Below the pieces are notes generated by a model. That model was not told the origin of the DNA. It saw nothing but the letters and a program-made list of their open reading frames with translations, and did no database searches. DNA of 64,000 nt from NCBI GenBank assembly GCA_963816995.1, contig CAWFMI010000004.1, forward strand, positions 95,973 through 159,972, read 5' to 3'. A program made the translations under genes and the position numbers. Numbering within the stretch: position 1 is the stretch's first letter; each line of letters opens with the position of its first letter. Below are positions 25,252 to 33,593 of the stretch, in pieces. This DNA comes from an uncultured Actinomycetota bacterium (GTDB lineage: Bacteria > Actinomycetota > Actinomycetes > Mycobacteriales > Pseudonocardiaceae).

Positions 25252-25320
25252 TCAGCGCAGCGGTTCGCCCGCCGACCCCTCCCGGGCCGGTCGGCTAAAC
25301 CAGTAGTACCAGCGCTGCAC
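25252..25320 (-). CDS. Aromatic-amino-acid leader peptide (22 codons) upstream of aroG
   Basis: Minus strand: GTG CAG CGC TGG TAC TAC TGG TTT AGC ... TGA = (M)QRWYYWFSRPAREGSAGEPLR. There are five consecutive aromatic codons covering Trp, Tyr and Phe. The start lies 10 nt after the stop of the upstream gene. Confidence 0.6.
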   Translation of the reverse strand: MQRWYYWFSRPAREGSAGEPLR

Positions 25321-25330
25321 GGCGGCGACC

Positions 25331-26035
25331 CTACCCGATCGGCGCCGGCATGCGCTCCACCGCGTACGCCAGTTCGAGCGTGCGCCCGGTCACCGGGTCG
25401 GCGAGCTCCACGCGCCAGTGGTCGGCGAACTGGTCGACGTCCGGCCGCATCGCGACCGTGCCCGACAGCAGGACGGTGCCGGGTTCCAACAGGTGGGCGA
25501 TGTCGTCGAGCCAGTACCGAGGGGGCAGCAGCGCGGCGAGCGGGGCGTCCTGGATGAGCTCCTCGGCGCCGCCGTCGCGGGCCACCCACGCGCGCAGGCG
25601 GAGCTCGTCGAGGTGGTCCTCGACGTCGACGAGCCGCCACGCGCCGCGGCCCAGCACGTCGAGCCCGGCGTTCTTGCTCCACGCGACGCCGTGCACCTCG
25701 AGCGCGCGGTCGGTGTGGTCGCAAGCGACGGTGAGCAGCAGGTCGGCCGGGTCCGGGCCGGCCACGACGAGGGCCCACTCGGCCTCGCCGGACGTGCGGT
25801 CGTGCTGCACGGGGACGCCGTCGGCCTGGGCGGCCAGGTAGGGCGCCACCGGGTACAGGGCCGGTGTCACGGCGGGGGCCGGGACGCCCAGCTCGGCGAG
25901 CTCGGCCACGTGGGCCGCGACCTCCTCCTGCTCGCGGCCGGCGTACCCGGCGTTGAGCAGGCGCGTGACGGGGACGGAGACGGACACCCCGTCGGGCAGG
26001 TCGAAAGCGAGCTCGGTCATCCAGGACTTGCGCAT
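25331..26035 (-). CDS. DUF2848-like protein
   Basis: ...AGYAGREQEEVAAHVAELAELGVPAP...VACDHTDRALEVHGVAWSKNA... resembles DUF2848 as I recall it. Start is uncertain (26035 MRKSW, 26020 MTELAF, or ORF start 26050 inside the palindrome). Confidence 0.5.
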   Translation of the reverse strand: MRKSWMTELAFDLPDGVSVSVPVTRLLNAGYAGREQEEVAAHVAELAELGVPAPAVTPALYPVAPYLAAQADGVPVQHDRTSGEAEWALVVAGPDPADLLLTVACDHTDRALEVHGVAWSKNAGLDVLGRGAWRLVDVEDHLDELRLRAWVARDGGAEELIQDAPLAALLPPRYWLDDIAHLLEPGTVLLSGTVAMRPDVDQFADHWRVELADPVTGRTLELAYAVERMPAPIG

Positions 26036-26040
26036 GCCGG

Positions 26041-26050
26041 TTGTATACAT
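26041..26050. promoter_or_regulatory. Candidate GntR/FadR-type operator, site 1
   Basis: TTGTATACAT (core TGTATACA) between the divergent DUF2848-like and MFS genes. The same core occurs at 28055-28064. Confidence 0.5.
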
Positions 26051-26089
26051 GAAGTATGACGCGACGCGCCACCTGACAGGAGAACCCGC

Positions 26090-27436
26090 ATGCCCGACCT
26101 GACCAAGCCGTCGACGCCGGAGATCGACCGGCGCTCGCTGGTCAAGGCCTTCACGGCGAGCCTCACCGGCACATCGCTCGAGTGGTACGACTTCGCGGTC
26201 TACTCCGCGGCCGCTGCGTTGGTCTTCCCGCAGCTGTTCTTCCCCGGCTCGGACCCGCTGACCGGCACCCTGCTGGCGTTCTCGACCTACGCCGTCGGCT
26301 ACGTCTCACGCCCGCTCGGCGGTTTCGTGTTCGGGCGGCTCGGCGACGTCATCGGGCGCAAGCAGGTGCTCGTGCTGACGCTGCTGCTGATCGGCGTCGC
26401 GACCTTCCTGATCGGCCTGCTGCCGACCTACGGCACGATCGGTGTGGCCGCCCCGATCATCCTGGTGCTGCTGCGGTTCGCGCAGGGCGTCGGTGTCGGC
26501 GGCGAGTGGGGCGGCGCCGTGCTGCTCTCGAGCGAGTTCGGCGACCCGCGCAAACGCGGCTTCTGGTCCTCGGCGGCGCAGATCGGCCCGCCGGCGGGCA
26601 ACCTGCTCTCGAACGGTGTGCTGGCGCTGCTGTCCGCCACGCTGTCGGACGAGGCGTTCCTCGGCTGGGGCTGGCGGCTCGCGTTCCTGCTGTCCGCGGT
26701 CCTGGTGGCCTTCGGGCTCTGGATCCGCCTGCGGCTGGAGGACACGCCGGTGTTCCGGGCCATCCAGGAGCGCGGCGAGCAGCCCGCGGCCCCGATCGGC
26801 GACGTCTTCCGCACGCAGGGCCGTGGCCTGCTGGCCGGCGTGCTCAGCCGGATCGGCCCGGACGTCAGCTACGCGCTGTTCACGGTCTTCGTGATCACCT
26901 ACGCGACCACCGTCGTCGGCATGAGCCGCGGCCAGGTGCTCACCGCGATCCTCATCGGCTCGGCCTGCCAGCTCGGCCTGATCCCGCTGGCCGGAGCCGT
27001 GTCCGACCGCGTCAACCGGCGCGCGGTGTACGGGGCCGCCGCCGTGGGTGCCGCGATCTGGCCGTTCGTGTTCTTCCCCGCCATCGGGGGCGGCTCGACG
27101 GTGGTGCTGATCATCGGCGTCGTGATCGGGCTCGCGCTGCACTCGTTCATGTACGGCCCGCAGGCCGCCTTCGTCACGGAGCAGTTCAACACCCGGCTGC
27201 GCTACACGGGCAGCTCGCTCGCGTACACGATCGCCGGCGTCTTCGGCGGGGCGGTCGCGCCGCTGGCGTTCACGGCACTGCTGGGCGCGTGGGGCACATG
27301 GGTGCCGGTGGCCTGCTATGTGCTCGTGGCGTCGCTGCTCACCCTGGCCGGGCTGGCGCTGGGCCGTAACCCCGACCCGGCCGAGGACGAGGCCTACCTG
27401 GTGTCGCTCACGCCTGGAGGAACAGCTGCAGCGTGA
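26090..27436 (+). CDS. MFS transporter, metabolite:H+ symporter (MHS) type
   Basis: 448 aa. The N-terminal LEWYDFAVYSAAAALVFPQLFF and GGFVFGRLGDVIGRK motifs are typical of the ProP/KgtP/ShiA-like MHS family. Confidence 0.8.
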   Translation: MPDLTKPSTPEIDRRSLVKAFTASLTGTSLEWYDFAVYSAAAALVFPQLFFPGSDPLTGTLLAFSTYAVGYVSRPLGGFVFGRLGDVIGRKQVLVLTLLLIGVATFLIGLLPTYGTIGVAAPIILVLLRFAQGVGVGGEWGGAVLLSSEFGDPRKRGFWSSAAQIGPPAGNLLSNGVLALLSATLSDEAFLGWGWRLAFLLSAVLVAFGLWIRLRLEDTPVFRAIQERGEQPAAPIGDVFRTQGRGLLAGVLSRIGPDVSYALFTVFVITYATTVVGMSRGQVLTAILIGSACQLGLIPLAGAVSDRVNRRAVYGAAAVGAAIWPFVFFPAIGGGSTVVLIIGVVIGLALHSFMYGPQAAFVTEQFNTRLRYTGSSLAYTIAGVFGGAVAPLAFTALLGAWGTWVPVACYVLVASLLTLAGLALGRNPDPAEDEAYLVSLTPGGTAAA

Positions 27437-28049
27437 TCCGCAGGTGGTCGGAGATCGCCGCGTGCGCGGCCGCCTCGTCGCCGGAGTCCAGCGCGTCGAC
27501 GATGCGGCCGTGCTCCGCGCAGACGGCCCGCTGCCGGTCGATGGCCCGGAACAGCGCCGCGACCCCGACGCGCACCTGCCGCGTGCGGAGGCCGGCGTAG
27601 GTGCGGGCGATCAGCTCGTTGCCGGCCGCGTCGACGAGGGACTGGTGGAACCGCCGGTCCCACTCGATGAACTCCTGCGCGTCGCACGGCTCGGCGGTGA
27701 GCAGGCGTTCCTGCTCGGCGAGCGCGGACCGCATGGCCTCGACCGGGACCGACCGTTGCGCGAGGGTGACGGACGCCGCGTGCTGCTCGAGCAGCGTGCG
27801 CAGCTCCATCAGCTCGCGGATCTGCCGCCCGGACAGCGGGGGGACGTACGCTCCCCGCTTGGGCACCATCTCCACCAGGCCCTCGGCCACGAGCAGGAGC
27901 AGGGCCTCCCGCACGGGGGTGCGGGAGACGCCGATGTCCTGGGCGAGGTCGACCTCGTTGAGGAAGGTTCCTTGCACCCCAGGATCGACCAGCACCGTCT
28001 CCCGCAGGTGCCGGTACGCACGCTCGCGGCCGGACGCCTGCTTTTGCAT
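27408..28049 (-). CDS. GntR-family regulator, FadR/FCD subfamily
   Basis: N-terminal wHTH LNEVDLAQDIGVSRTPVREALLLLVAEGLVEM plus a helical FCD-like C-terminal domain. Confidence 0.85.
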   Translation of the reverse strand: MQKQASGRERAYRHLRETVLVDPGVQGTFLNEVDLAQDIGVSRTPVREALLLLVAEGLVEMVPKRGAYVPPLSGRQIRELMELRTLLEQHAASVTLAQRSVPVEAMRSALAEQERLLTAEPCDAQEFIEWDRRFHQSLVDAAGNELIARTYAGLRTRQVRVGVAALFRAIDRQRAVCAEHGRIVDALDSGDEAAAHAAISDHLRITLQLFLQA

Positions 28050-28054
28050 GCACT

Positions 28055-28064
28055 ATGTATACAT
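28055..28064. promoter_or_regulatory. Candidate GntR/FadR-type operator, site 2 (autoregulatory position)
   Basis: Perfect 10-bp palindrome ATGTATACAT, 6 nt upstream of the GntR ATG and 15 nt upstream of the divergent hydrolase GTG. Confidence 0.55.
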
Positions 28065-28078
28065 TAACTGGAGGTTTC

Positions 28079-28867
28079 GTGCGGATCGCCCTCGCTCAGA
28101 TCGCCGCCACGGCCGACCCGGTCGAGAACCTCGATCTCGTCGCGGACGGCGCGAAGCGCGCCGCGGCGGCCGGGGCCGCGCTCGTCGTCTTCCCCGAGGC
28201 CACCATGTGCGCCTTCGGGCACCCGCTCGGCCCGGTCGCCGAACCCCTCGACGGCCCGTGGGCGCAGCGCGTGCGCGCCATCGCGGCCGACGCGGGCCTC
28301 ACGATCGTCGCCGGGATGTTCACACCCGCCGCCGACGGGCGCGTCCACAACACGCTGCTCGCCACCGGCGAGGGTGTCGAGGCGAGCTACGACAAGATCC
28401 ATCTCTTCGACGCGTTCGGTTTCGCCGAGTCCCGCACGGTCGCGGCGGGCACCAGGCCCGTGAGCATCACCGTCGACGGCGTCACCGTCGGCCTGGCCAC
28501 CTGTTACGACCTGCGCTTCCCGGGTCTCTTCCAGCGGCTCGCCGGAGCCGGCGCCACGGTGATCGTGGTGCCGGCGTCGTGGGGTGCCGGGCCGGGCAAG
28601 CGGGAGCAGTGGGACCTGCTCGTGCGCGCCAGGGCACTGGACAGCACGGCCTTCGTGGCGGCCTGCGACCAGGCCGACCCCACCACTGTGGGCCGGGAGT
28701 CGGGCAAGGCGCCCACCGGTATCGGCGCGAGCGCCGTGGTCGGCCCGCTGGGGAGCATCCAGGCCCAGCTGGACGCCGCCCCGGACCTCCTGGTGGCCGA
28801 CGTGGATCTGGACGCGGTCGAGAAGGCTCGCGCCGCGGTGCCGGTGCTCGCCAACCGGCGCTTCTAG
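28079..28867 (+). CDS. Carbon-nitrogen hydrolase (nitrilase superfamily, Nit/omega-amidase-like)
   Basis: The Glu-Lys-Cys triad contexts VFPEATM, YDKIHLFD and LATCYDLRFP are all present. GTG 28079 follows GGAGG. Confidence 0.85.
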   Translation: MRIALAQIAATADPVENLDLVADGAKRAAAAGAALVVFPEATMCAFGHPLGPVAEPLDGPWAQRVRAIAADAGLTIVAGMFTPAADGRVHNTLLATGEGVEASYDKIHLFDAFGFAESRTVAAGTRPVSITVDGVTVGLATCYDLRFPGLFQRLAGAGATVIVVPASWGAGPGKREQWDLLVRARALDSTAFVAACDQADPTTVGRESGKAPTGIGASAVVGPLGSIQAQLDAAPDLLVADVDLDAVEKARAAVPVLANRRF

Positions 28868-28901
28868 CCGGACAGCTGCTTCCGCAGCCGGCTTCCTCGC
28901 C

Positions 28902-29228
28902 TCAGTGCTGCGCCCCGAGGATCCCGTCCAGCAGACCGGGATAGAGGGCGTCCATGTCCTCTCGGCGCAGGCAGGCCACCCGGCGGGTGCCCTCGGCGCG
29001 CATGCTGATGACCCCGGCCTCGCGCAGGATCCGCAGGTGGTGGGTGCGAGTGGACTTCGTGACCGGGAGCGGGATCACCCCACAGGCCACGCCCACCGCC
29101 GGTGCCTTCGCGAGCTGCCGCACGAACAGCAGGCGCACCGGGTCGCCGAGGGCGGCCAGTACCTGCTCGATGCGGATCTCCTCGCGGGCCGGCTGCGGGA
29201 GGTCGGTCCGCTGCTCCACGGTGGGCAT
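28902..29228 (-). CDS. ArsR-family transcriptional regulator
   Basis: LAALGDPVRLLFVRQL...STRTHHLRILREAGVI. Start taken at MPTVEQ (29228). Confidence 0.75.
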   Translation of the reverse strand: MPTVEQRTDLPQPAREEIRIEQVLAALGDPVRLLFVRQLAKAPAVGVACGVIPLPVTKSTRTHHLRILREAGVISMRAEGTRRVACLRREDMDALYPGLLDGILGAQH

Positions 29229-29236
29229 GTGAGAAA

Positions 29237-29292
29237 TAGTACGACAGGTATCGAAGTTCGACCAGTCTCGTAGTACGGTCACCGTCGTACTA
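29237..29292. promoter_or_regulatory. Candidate operator set between the ArsR and MFS genes
   Basis: TAGTACGAC (29237-29245) and its exact complement GTCGTACTA (29284-29292), plus a third half-site TAGTACGG (29271-29278). Confidence 0.4.
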
Positions 29293-29314
29293 ATTCTCAT
29301 CGGGGAAGGCCACG

Positions 29315-30475
29315 ATGTCCGCACGCACCTACCTGCTCGCCGCCGGAGCGTTCGCGGTCGGCACGAGCGCCTACGTGGTATCGGGCGTGCTGCCCGCCGT
29401 CAGCGCCGAGCTGGACGTCTCCGTCACCGCGGCCGGTCAGCTGACCACCGCCTTCGCGCTCGCCTACGCGGTGAGCGCCCCGCTGCTCGCCACGATCACC
29501 GCGCGCTGGGAGCGGCGCCGCCTGCTCCTGGCCGCCCTGCTGGTGGCCGCGCTGGGCAACGCGATCTCCGCGGTCGCCACGACCTACCCGCTCCTGCTCT
29601 CCGGCCGGATCGTCGCAGCGCTCGGGGCCGCCGCCTACACACCCGCCGCCACGCTCTTCGCCACCGCGCTGCGCCCGCCTGCCGAGCGCGGCCGGGCCGT
29701 CGCCACCGTGTTCGGTGGGCTCACCCTCGCGCTCGCGCTCGGCGTGCCCATCGGGTCCCTGCTCGCCGGCAACATCGGTTACCGCTCGGTGTTCGCGCTC
29801 GTCGCGGTCGTCAGCATCGTCACGGCGGTGGCCGTGCGGATGCAGCTGCCGCTGATGGCCGGCTCGCCCGCCGTGCCGCTGCGGGAGCGGTTCGCCGTCG
29901 CTGCCGACCGCCGGGTGCTCACCGTGCTCGCGATCACCGTGTTCGGCGTGGTCGCGACGATGAGCGTCTACATCTACGTCGTGCCGCTGCTGACCGTCAC
30001 CACCGGGCTGGCCGGCTCCACCATCGGCGCCCTGCTGCTCGCCTACGGCCTGGGCGCGATCGTCGGCAACACGTGGGGCGGCCGGGCCACCGACCGCTTC
30101 GGGAGCATCCCGACGCTCGTCGCCACCCTCGCCGGCTTCGTCATCATGATCGCGACGTTGCCGCTGACGGCGACGACCGCCGTGGGTGCGGCGGTGGCCC
30201 TGTTCGTGTGGAGCGTGTTCACCTGGTCGTTCAACCCGCCCGTGCAGAACCTGCTGCTGGAGCTGGCACCGACCGGCGGGCTCGTGCTGTCGCTGAACGC
30301 CTCGGCGATCTACCTCGGCATGGGGCTCGCCGGCGTGCTCGGCGGCGCCGTGATCGGCACCGTCGGGGTGCTCGCCCTGCCGGAGGTCGGCGCGGTGCTC
30401 GGGCTGGTGGTCGTCGGGCTGTTGTTCCTGCTGCGCGCCGGCACCCGCCGCAGTGCCACGGTGCTCGCGAGCTGA
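29315..30475 (+). CDS. MFS transporter
   Basis: 386 aa of about 12 hydrophobic segments, divergent from the ArsR regulator. Confidence 0.8.
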   Translation: MSARTYLLAAGAFAVGTSAYVVSGVLPAVSAELDVSVTAAGQLTTAFALAYAVSAPLLATITARWERRRLLLAALLVAALGNAISAVATTYPLLLSGRIVAALGAAAYTPAATLFATALRPPAERGRAVATVFGGLTLALALGVPIGSLLAGNIGYRSVFALVAVVSIVTAVAVRMQLPLMAGSPAVPLRERFAVAADRRVLTVLAITVFGVVATMSVYIYVVPLLTVTTGLAGSTIGALLLAYGLGAIVGNTWGGRATDRFGSIPTLVATLAGFVIMIATLPLTATTAVGAAVALFVWSVFTWSFNPPVQNLLLELAPTGGLVLSLNASAIYLGMGLAGVLGGAVIGTVGVLALPEVGAVLGLVVVGLLFLLRAGTRRSATVLAS

Positions 30476-30479
30476 GTGC

Positions 30480-30776
30480 TCAGCTGCTGGCCGCGTCGAT
30501 CTCCGCGGAGATCGACGCGGCCAGCGCAACGTCCAGCTCCGTGATGCCGCCCGCGGAATGGGTCGAGCAGCGGAACGTCAGCGTGCGCCAGCGGATGTCG
30601 ATGTCCGGATGGTGGTCGCGCTCCTCGGCGATCGCGGCGACGCGGTCCACCACCCCGATCGCGACGGGGAACGACGGCAGCTCCGCGATGCGCACCAGCG
30701 TGTCGCCCTCGCGTTCCCAGCCGGGGAGATCCCCGAGAGCGGCACCGATCTCGTCGTCATCCAGCAACCTGGGCAT
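30480..30776 (-). CDS. phhB: Pterin-4a-carbinolamine dehydratase
   Basis: LPGWEREGDTLVR...ERDHHPDIDIRWRTLTFRCSTHSAGGIT, the PCD/DCoH signature. Start taken at MPRLLDDD. Confidence 0.8.
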   Translation of the reverse strand: MPRLLDDDEIGAALGDLPGWEREGDTLVRIAELPSFPVAIGVVDRVAAIAEERDHHPDIDIRWRTLTFRCSTHSAGGITELDVALAASISAEIDAASS

Positions 30777-30805
30777 GGCGCCATCCTGCACCTTACGGTG
30801 CGATC

Positions 30806-31678
30806 ATGCCGATCAGCTCTCCGACCGACGGGTTCCGCCTGACCTACGACGACCATCCGGCCGGCGCCGGGGATGCCGCTTCCGTCGTGCTCCTGCACGG
30901 TTGGCCGGGCGACCGCAACGACCACCGCGAGCTCGTGGCGCGGTTGTCCGGCCGGTGCCGGATCGTCGTCCCGGACCTGCGCGGGTTCGGCGAGTCGGAC
31001 GGCCCGGCCGGCGCCGCGGCATCCGAGTTCGCGGCCGTGGCGCAGGCCCGCAGCGTGCTCGCGCTCGTCGAGGAGCTGGCGATCGGACCCGTGGTCCTCG
31101 CCGGGTACGACATCGGGTCCCGCATCGCCCAGGCCGCCGCCCGGGCGCGGCCCGATCTCGTACGCGCACTCGTCGTGTCCCCACCGCTGCCCGGGCCGGG
31201 CGAACGGGTTCTGACGCCGGACGCCCACCGCGAGTTCTGGTACCAGGCCTTCCACCAGCTCGACCTCGCCGAGCAGCTGCTCGACGGCTCCCGCGCCGCG
31301 GTCCGCGCGTACCTCGCGCATTTCTGGTCGCACTGGTCCGGCCCTGCCTTCGAGCCCGATCCGGCCGAGCTCGACCGCCTCACCGATTCGTACGCCCGCC
31401 CGGGGGCGTTCGTCGCGTCGATCAACTGGTACCGGGCAGGCTCGGGCGCGATCGCGCAGTCGCTCGCGGAGCAGGCGCCGGCGCCCGCGGACCGGCTCGC
31501 CGTGCCCACCACCGTGCTGTGGCCCGAACACGACCCGCTCTTCCCGCGGGCCTGGTCCGACCGCCTCGAGCAGTTCTTCACCGACGTGGAGCTGCGCCCC
31601 CTGGACGGCGTCGGTCACTTCGCGCCGCTGGAGGCGCCGGACGCGTTCGCGGCGGCGATCGAGGAGCGCGCCGGCTGA
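30806..31678 (+). CDS. Alpha/beta hydrolase, epoxide-hydrolase/dehalogenase-like
   Basis: VVLLHGWPG (HGxP oxyanion motif) and the Asp-nucleophile elbow GYDIGS. Confidence 0.75.
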   Translation: MPISSPTDGFRLTYDDHPAGAGDAASVVLLHGWPGDRNDHRELVARLSGRCRIVVPDLRGFGESDGPAGAAASEFAAVAQARSVLALVEELAIGPVVLAGYDIGSRIAQAAARARPDLVRALVVSPPLPGPGERVLTPDAHREFWYQAFHQLDLAEQLLDGSRAAVRAYLAHFWSHWSGPAFEPDPAELDRLTDSYARPGAFVASINWYRAGSGAIAQSLAEQAPAPADRLAVPTTVLWPEHDPLFPRAWSDRLEQFFTDVELRPLDGVGHFAPLEAPDAFAAAIEERAG

Positions 31679-31685
31679 CCAGGGA

Positions 31686-32534
31686 CTACGCGTCGCGCCG
31701 GAGCATCCGGTACACCGTCAGACCGGCGCCGACCGTGAGGTAGCAGAGGGCGCGCAGGGTGCTCTCGGCCAGCCCGTCCAGGGGCATCGGGTCGCGCAGG
31801 ACGTCGGCGCCCGCGGTCCAACCGGTGGTGAGCAGGTAGGGCTGCAGCCAGTCGAGCGCGGGGATGGCCGACAGCACCCCGAACACGATGAGACCGCCGA
31901 GCACGGAGGCCAGCACCACCAGCGGGTGCTCGGTGTGCGCCGAGACGGCCAGCGCCACCGCGCCGACCGCCGCGAGCTGCCCTACCGTCCACGCCACGAC
32001 GAACGCCACGCGCCCGAGCGCCTCCCAGAGCCCGACGGCGGTGCCGGAGAGCGTCACGAGCTGTCCCTCGGCGAGGCCCACGACCATCAGCCCGGCGAGC
32101 ACGCCCACCACGGCCAGCGCGAGCACGGCGAGGATCGCGACGACGAGCACGCCGAACGCCTTCATGCCGACCAGCCGCAGCCTCCCGACCGGTGCGAGCA
32201 GCAACCCGCGCAAGGTGCCGTGCGCGGCCTCGCCGGCGAGCGCGTCGGCCGCGGCCATCGCCACGGCCAGCGGCAGCAGCAGCGCGAGCGAGACCGTGAT
32301 CGCGACGACCGGCAGCATGAGACCGTTGCCCGCCACGGCGCCGATCAGGCCGGGGCCACCCTCGCCGTCCGCCACCGCCACCCCGATCGAGATCAGCACC
32401 GGGACCAGCGCGAACACGCCGAGCATCACGAGCGTCCGGGGGCGGCGCAGCACCCACTGCACCTCGGCGCCGAGCAGCCGGCCCAGCGGGACGGCCCGAG
32501 ACGCGTCGGCGAGGGGGAGCACAGCGGTAGTCAC
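31686..32534 (-). CDS. ABC-2-type transporter permease
   Basis: 282 aa, six hydrophobic segments, immediately downstream of the ABC ATPase gene. Confidence 0.7.
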   Translation of the reverse strand: MTTAVLPLADASRAVPLGRLLGAEVQWVLRRPRTLVMLGVFALVPVLISIGVAVADGEGGPGLIGAVAGNGLMLPVVAITVSLALLLPLAVAMAAADALAGEAAHGTLRGLLLAPVGRLRLVGMKAFGVLVVAILAVLALAVVGVLAGLMVVGLAEGQLVTLSGTAVGLWEALGRVAFVVAWTVGQLAAVGAVALAVSAHTEHPLVVLASVLGGLIVFGVLSAIPALDWLQPYLLTTGWTAGADVLRDPMPLDGLAESTLRALCYLTVGAGLTVYRMLRRDA

Positions 32535-32607
32535 AGAGCCTCCTCGCTGACGCTCGTCGGCACCGTGCCCAAACGTGCTGTGTCCAATGGTGATCTCGCA
32601 AGCTCGA

Positions 32608-33588
32608 TCACGAAGGCTCCTCGGTCAGCCGGGCGAACAGCTCTTCCAGGTTGGTGCGGCTGCGGCGCGCCTCGTGCACGGCGACACCCTCCCGCACGAG
32701 CAGGGCGATCAGCTCGGGAGCGGGCGGGCCGTCGTCGCCGACCACCACGGCCTGTTCCTCGGAGCTCGTCCGCTCGGCGCGGTAGGCCGTGGCACCCGCC
32801 TCGCGCAGCGTGCGCAGCGCCAGGTCGACGTCCGGGGTGGCGATCACCAGACCGGCGGTGCCCGCCGCGAGCAACGTGCGCAGCTCGCCCGCGGCGACGA
32901 GCGATCCCGCCTGGAGGACGGCGACGTGCGTGCACGTGGCCTCGACCTCGGCCAGGAGGTGCGAGGAGACGATCACCGTGGTGCCGGCGGCGTGCAGCTC
33001 GGCGATGATCCGCCGGACGTCACGCGTGCCGGCCGGATCGAGGCCGTTGGTCGGCTCGTCGAGCACGACGAGCCGGCGCGGCAGCAGCAGCACCGCGGCA
33101 AGCCCCAGCCGCTGCTTCATACCGAGCGAGTAGCCGCGGTAGCGGCGGTCGGCGGCGTCGGTGAGCCCCACCCGCTTCAGCGCCACGTCCACCGCGCTCG
33201 GGATCTCGCGGCGCGTGAGCAGCGGCTCCATGATGGCCGCCCGGCGCAGGTTCTCGCGGCCGGACATGAACGGGTGGAATCCGGGCCCCTCGACGAGTGC
33301 GCCGACGTGCGGGAGTGCCCGGTCGGCCCCTTCGGCCACCGGCTGCCCGAGCAGCTCGGCCGAACCCGCGGTGGGGCGGGTGAGGCCCAGCAGCATCCGG
33401 ATCAGCGTGGTCTTTCCCGAACCGTTCGGGCCGAGCATCCCGAGCACGGCGCCCGCCGGGACCTCGAGATCGATGCCGTCCACGGCGACGGTGCGGCCGA
33501 ACTCCTTGCGCAACCCGATCGCCCGCGCCGCGATCGCTCCTACAGGAGCGGCGCCCGCCGGAGCGGGCGCCGCGTCCACCGAAGGCAT
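32608..33588 (-). CDS. ABC transporter ATP-binding protein
   Basis: Walker A GPNGSGKTT, signature YSLGMKQRL and Walker B LLVLDEPTNGLD. Start at MPSVDAAP (33588), 5 nt after the upstream stop. Confidence 0.85.
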   Translation of the reverse strand: MPSVDAAPAPAGAAPVGAIAARAIGLRKEFGRTVAVDGIDLEVPAGAVLGMLGPNGSGKTTLIRMLLGLTRPTAGSAELLGQPVAEGADRALPHVGALVEGPGFHPFMSGRENLRRAAIMEPLLTRREIPSAVDVALKRVGLTDAADRRYRGYSLGMKQRLGLAAVLLLPRRLVVLDEPTNGLDPAGTRDVRRIIAELHAAGTTVIVSSHLLAEVEATCTHVAVLQAGSLVAAGELRTLLAAGTAGLVIATPDVDLALRTLREAGATAYRAERTSSEEQAVVVGDDGPPAPELIALLVREGVAVHEARRSRTNLEELFARLTEEPS

Positions 33589-33593
33589 TGTCG

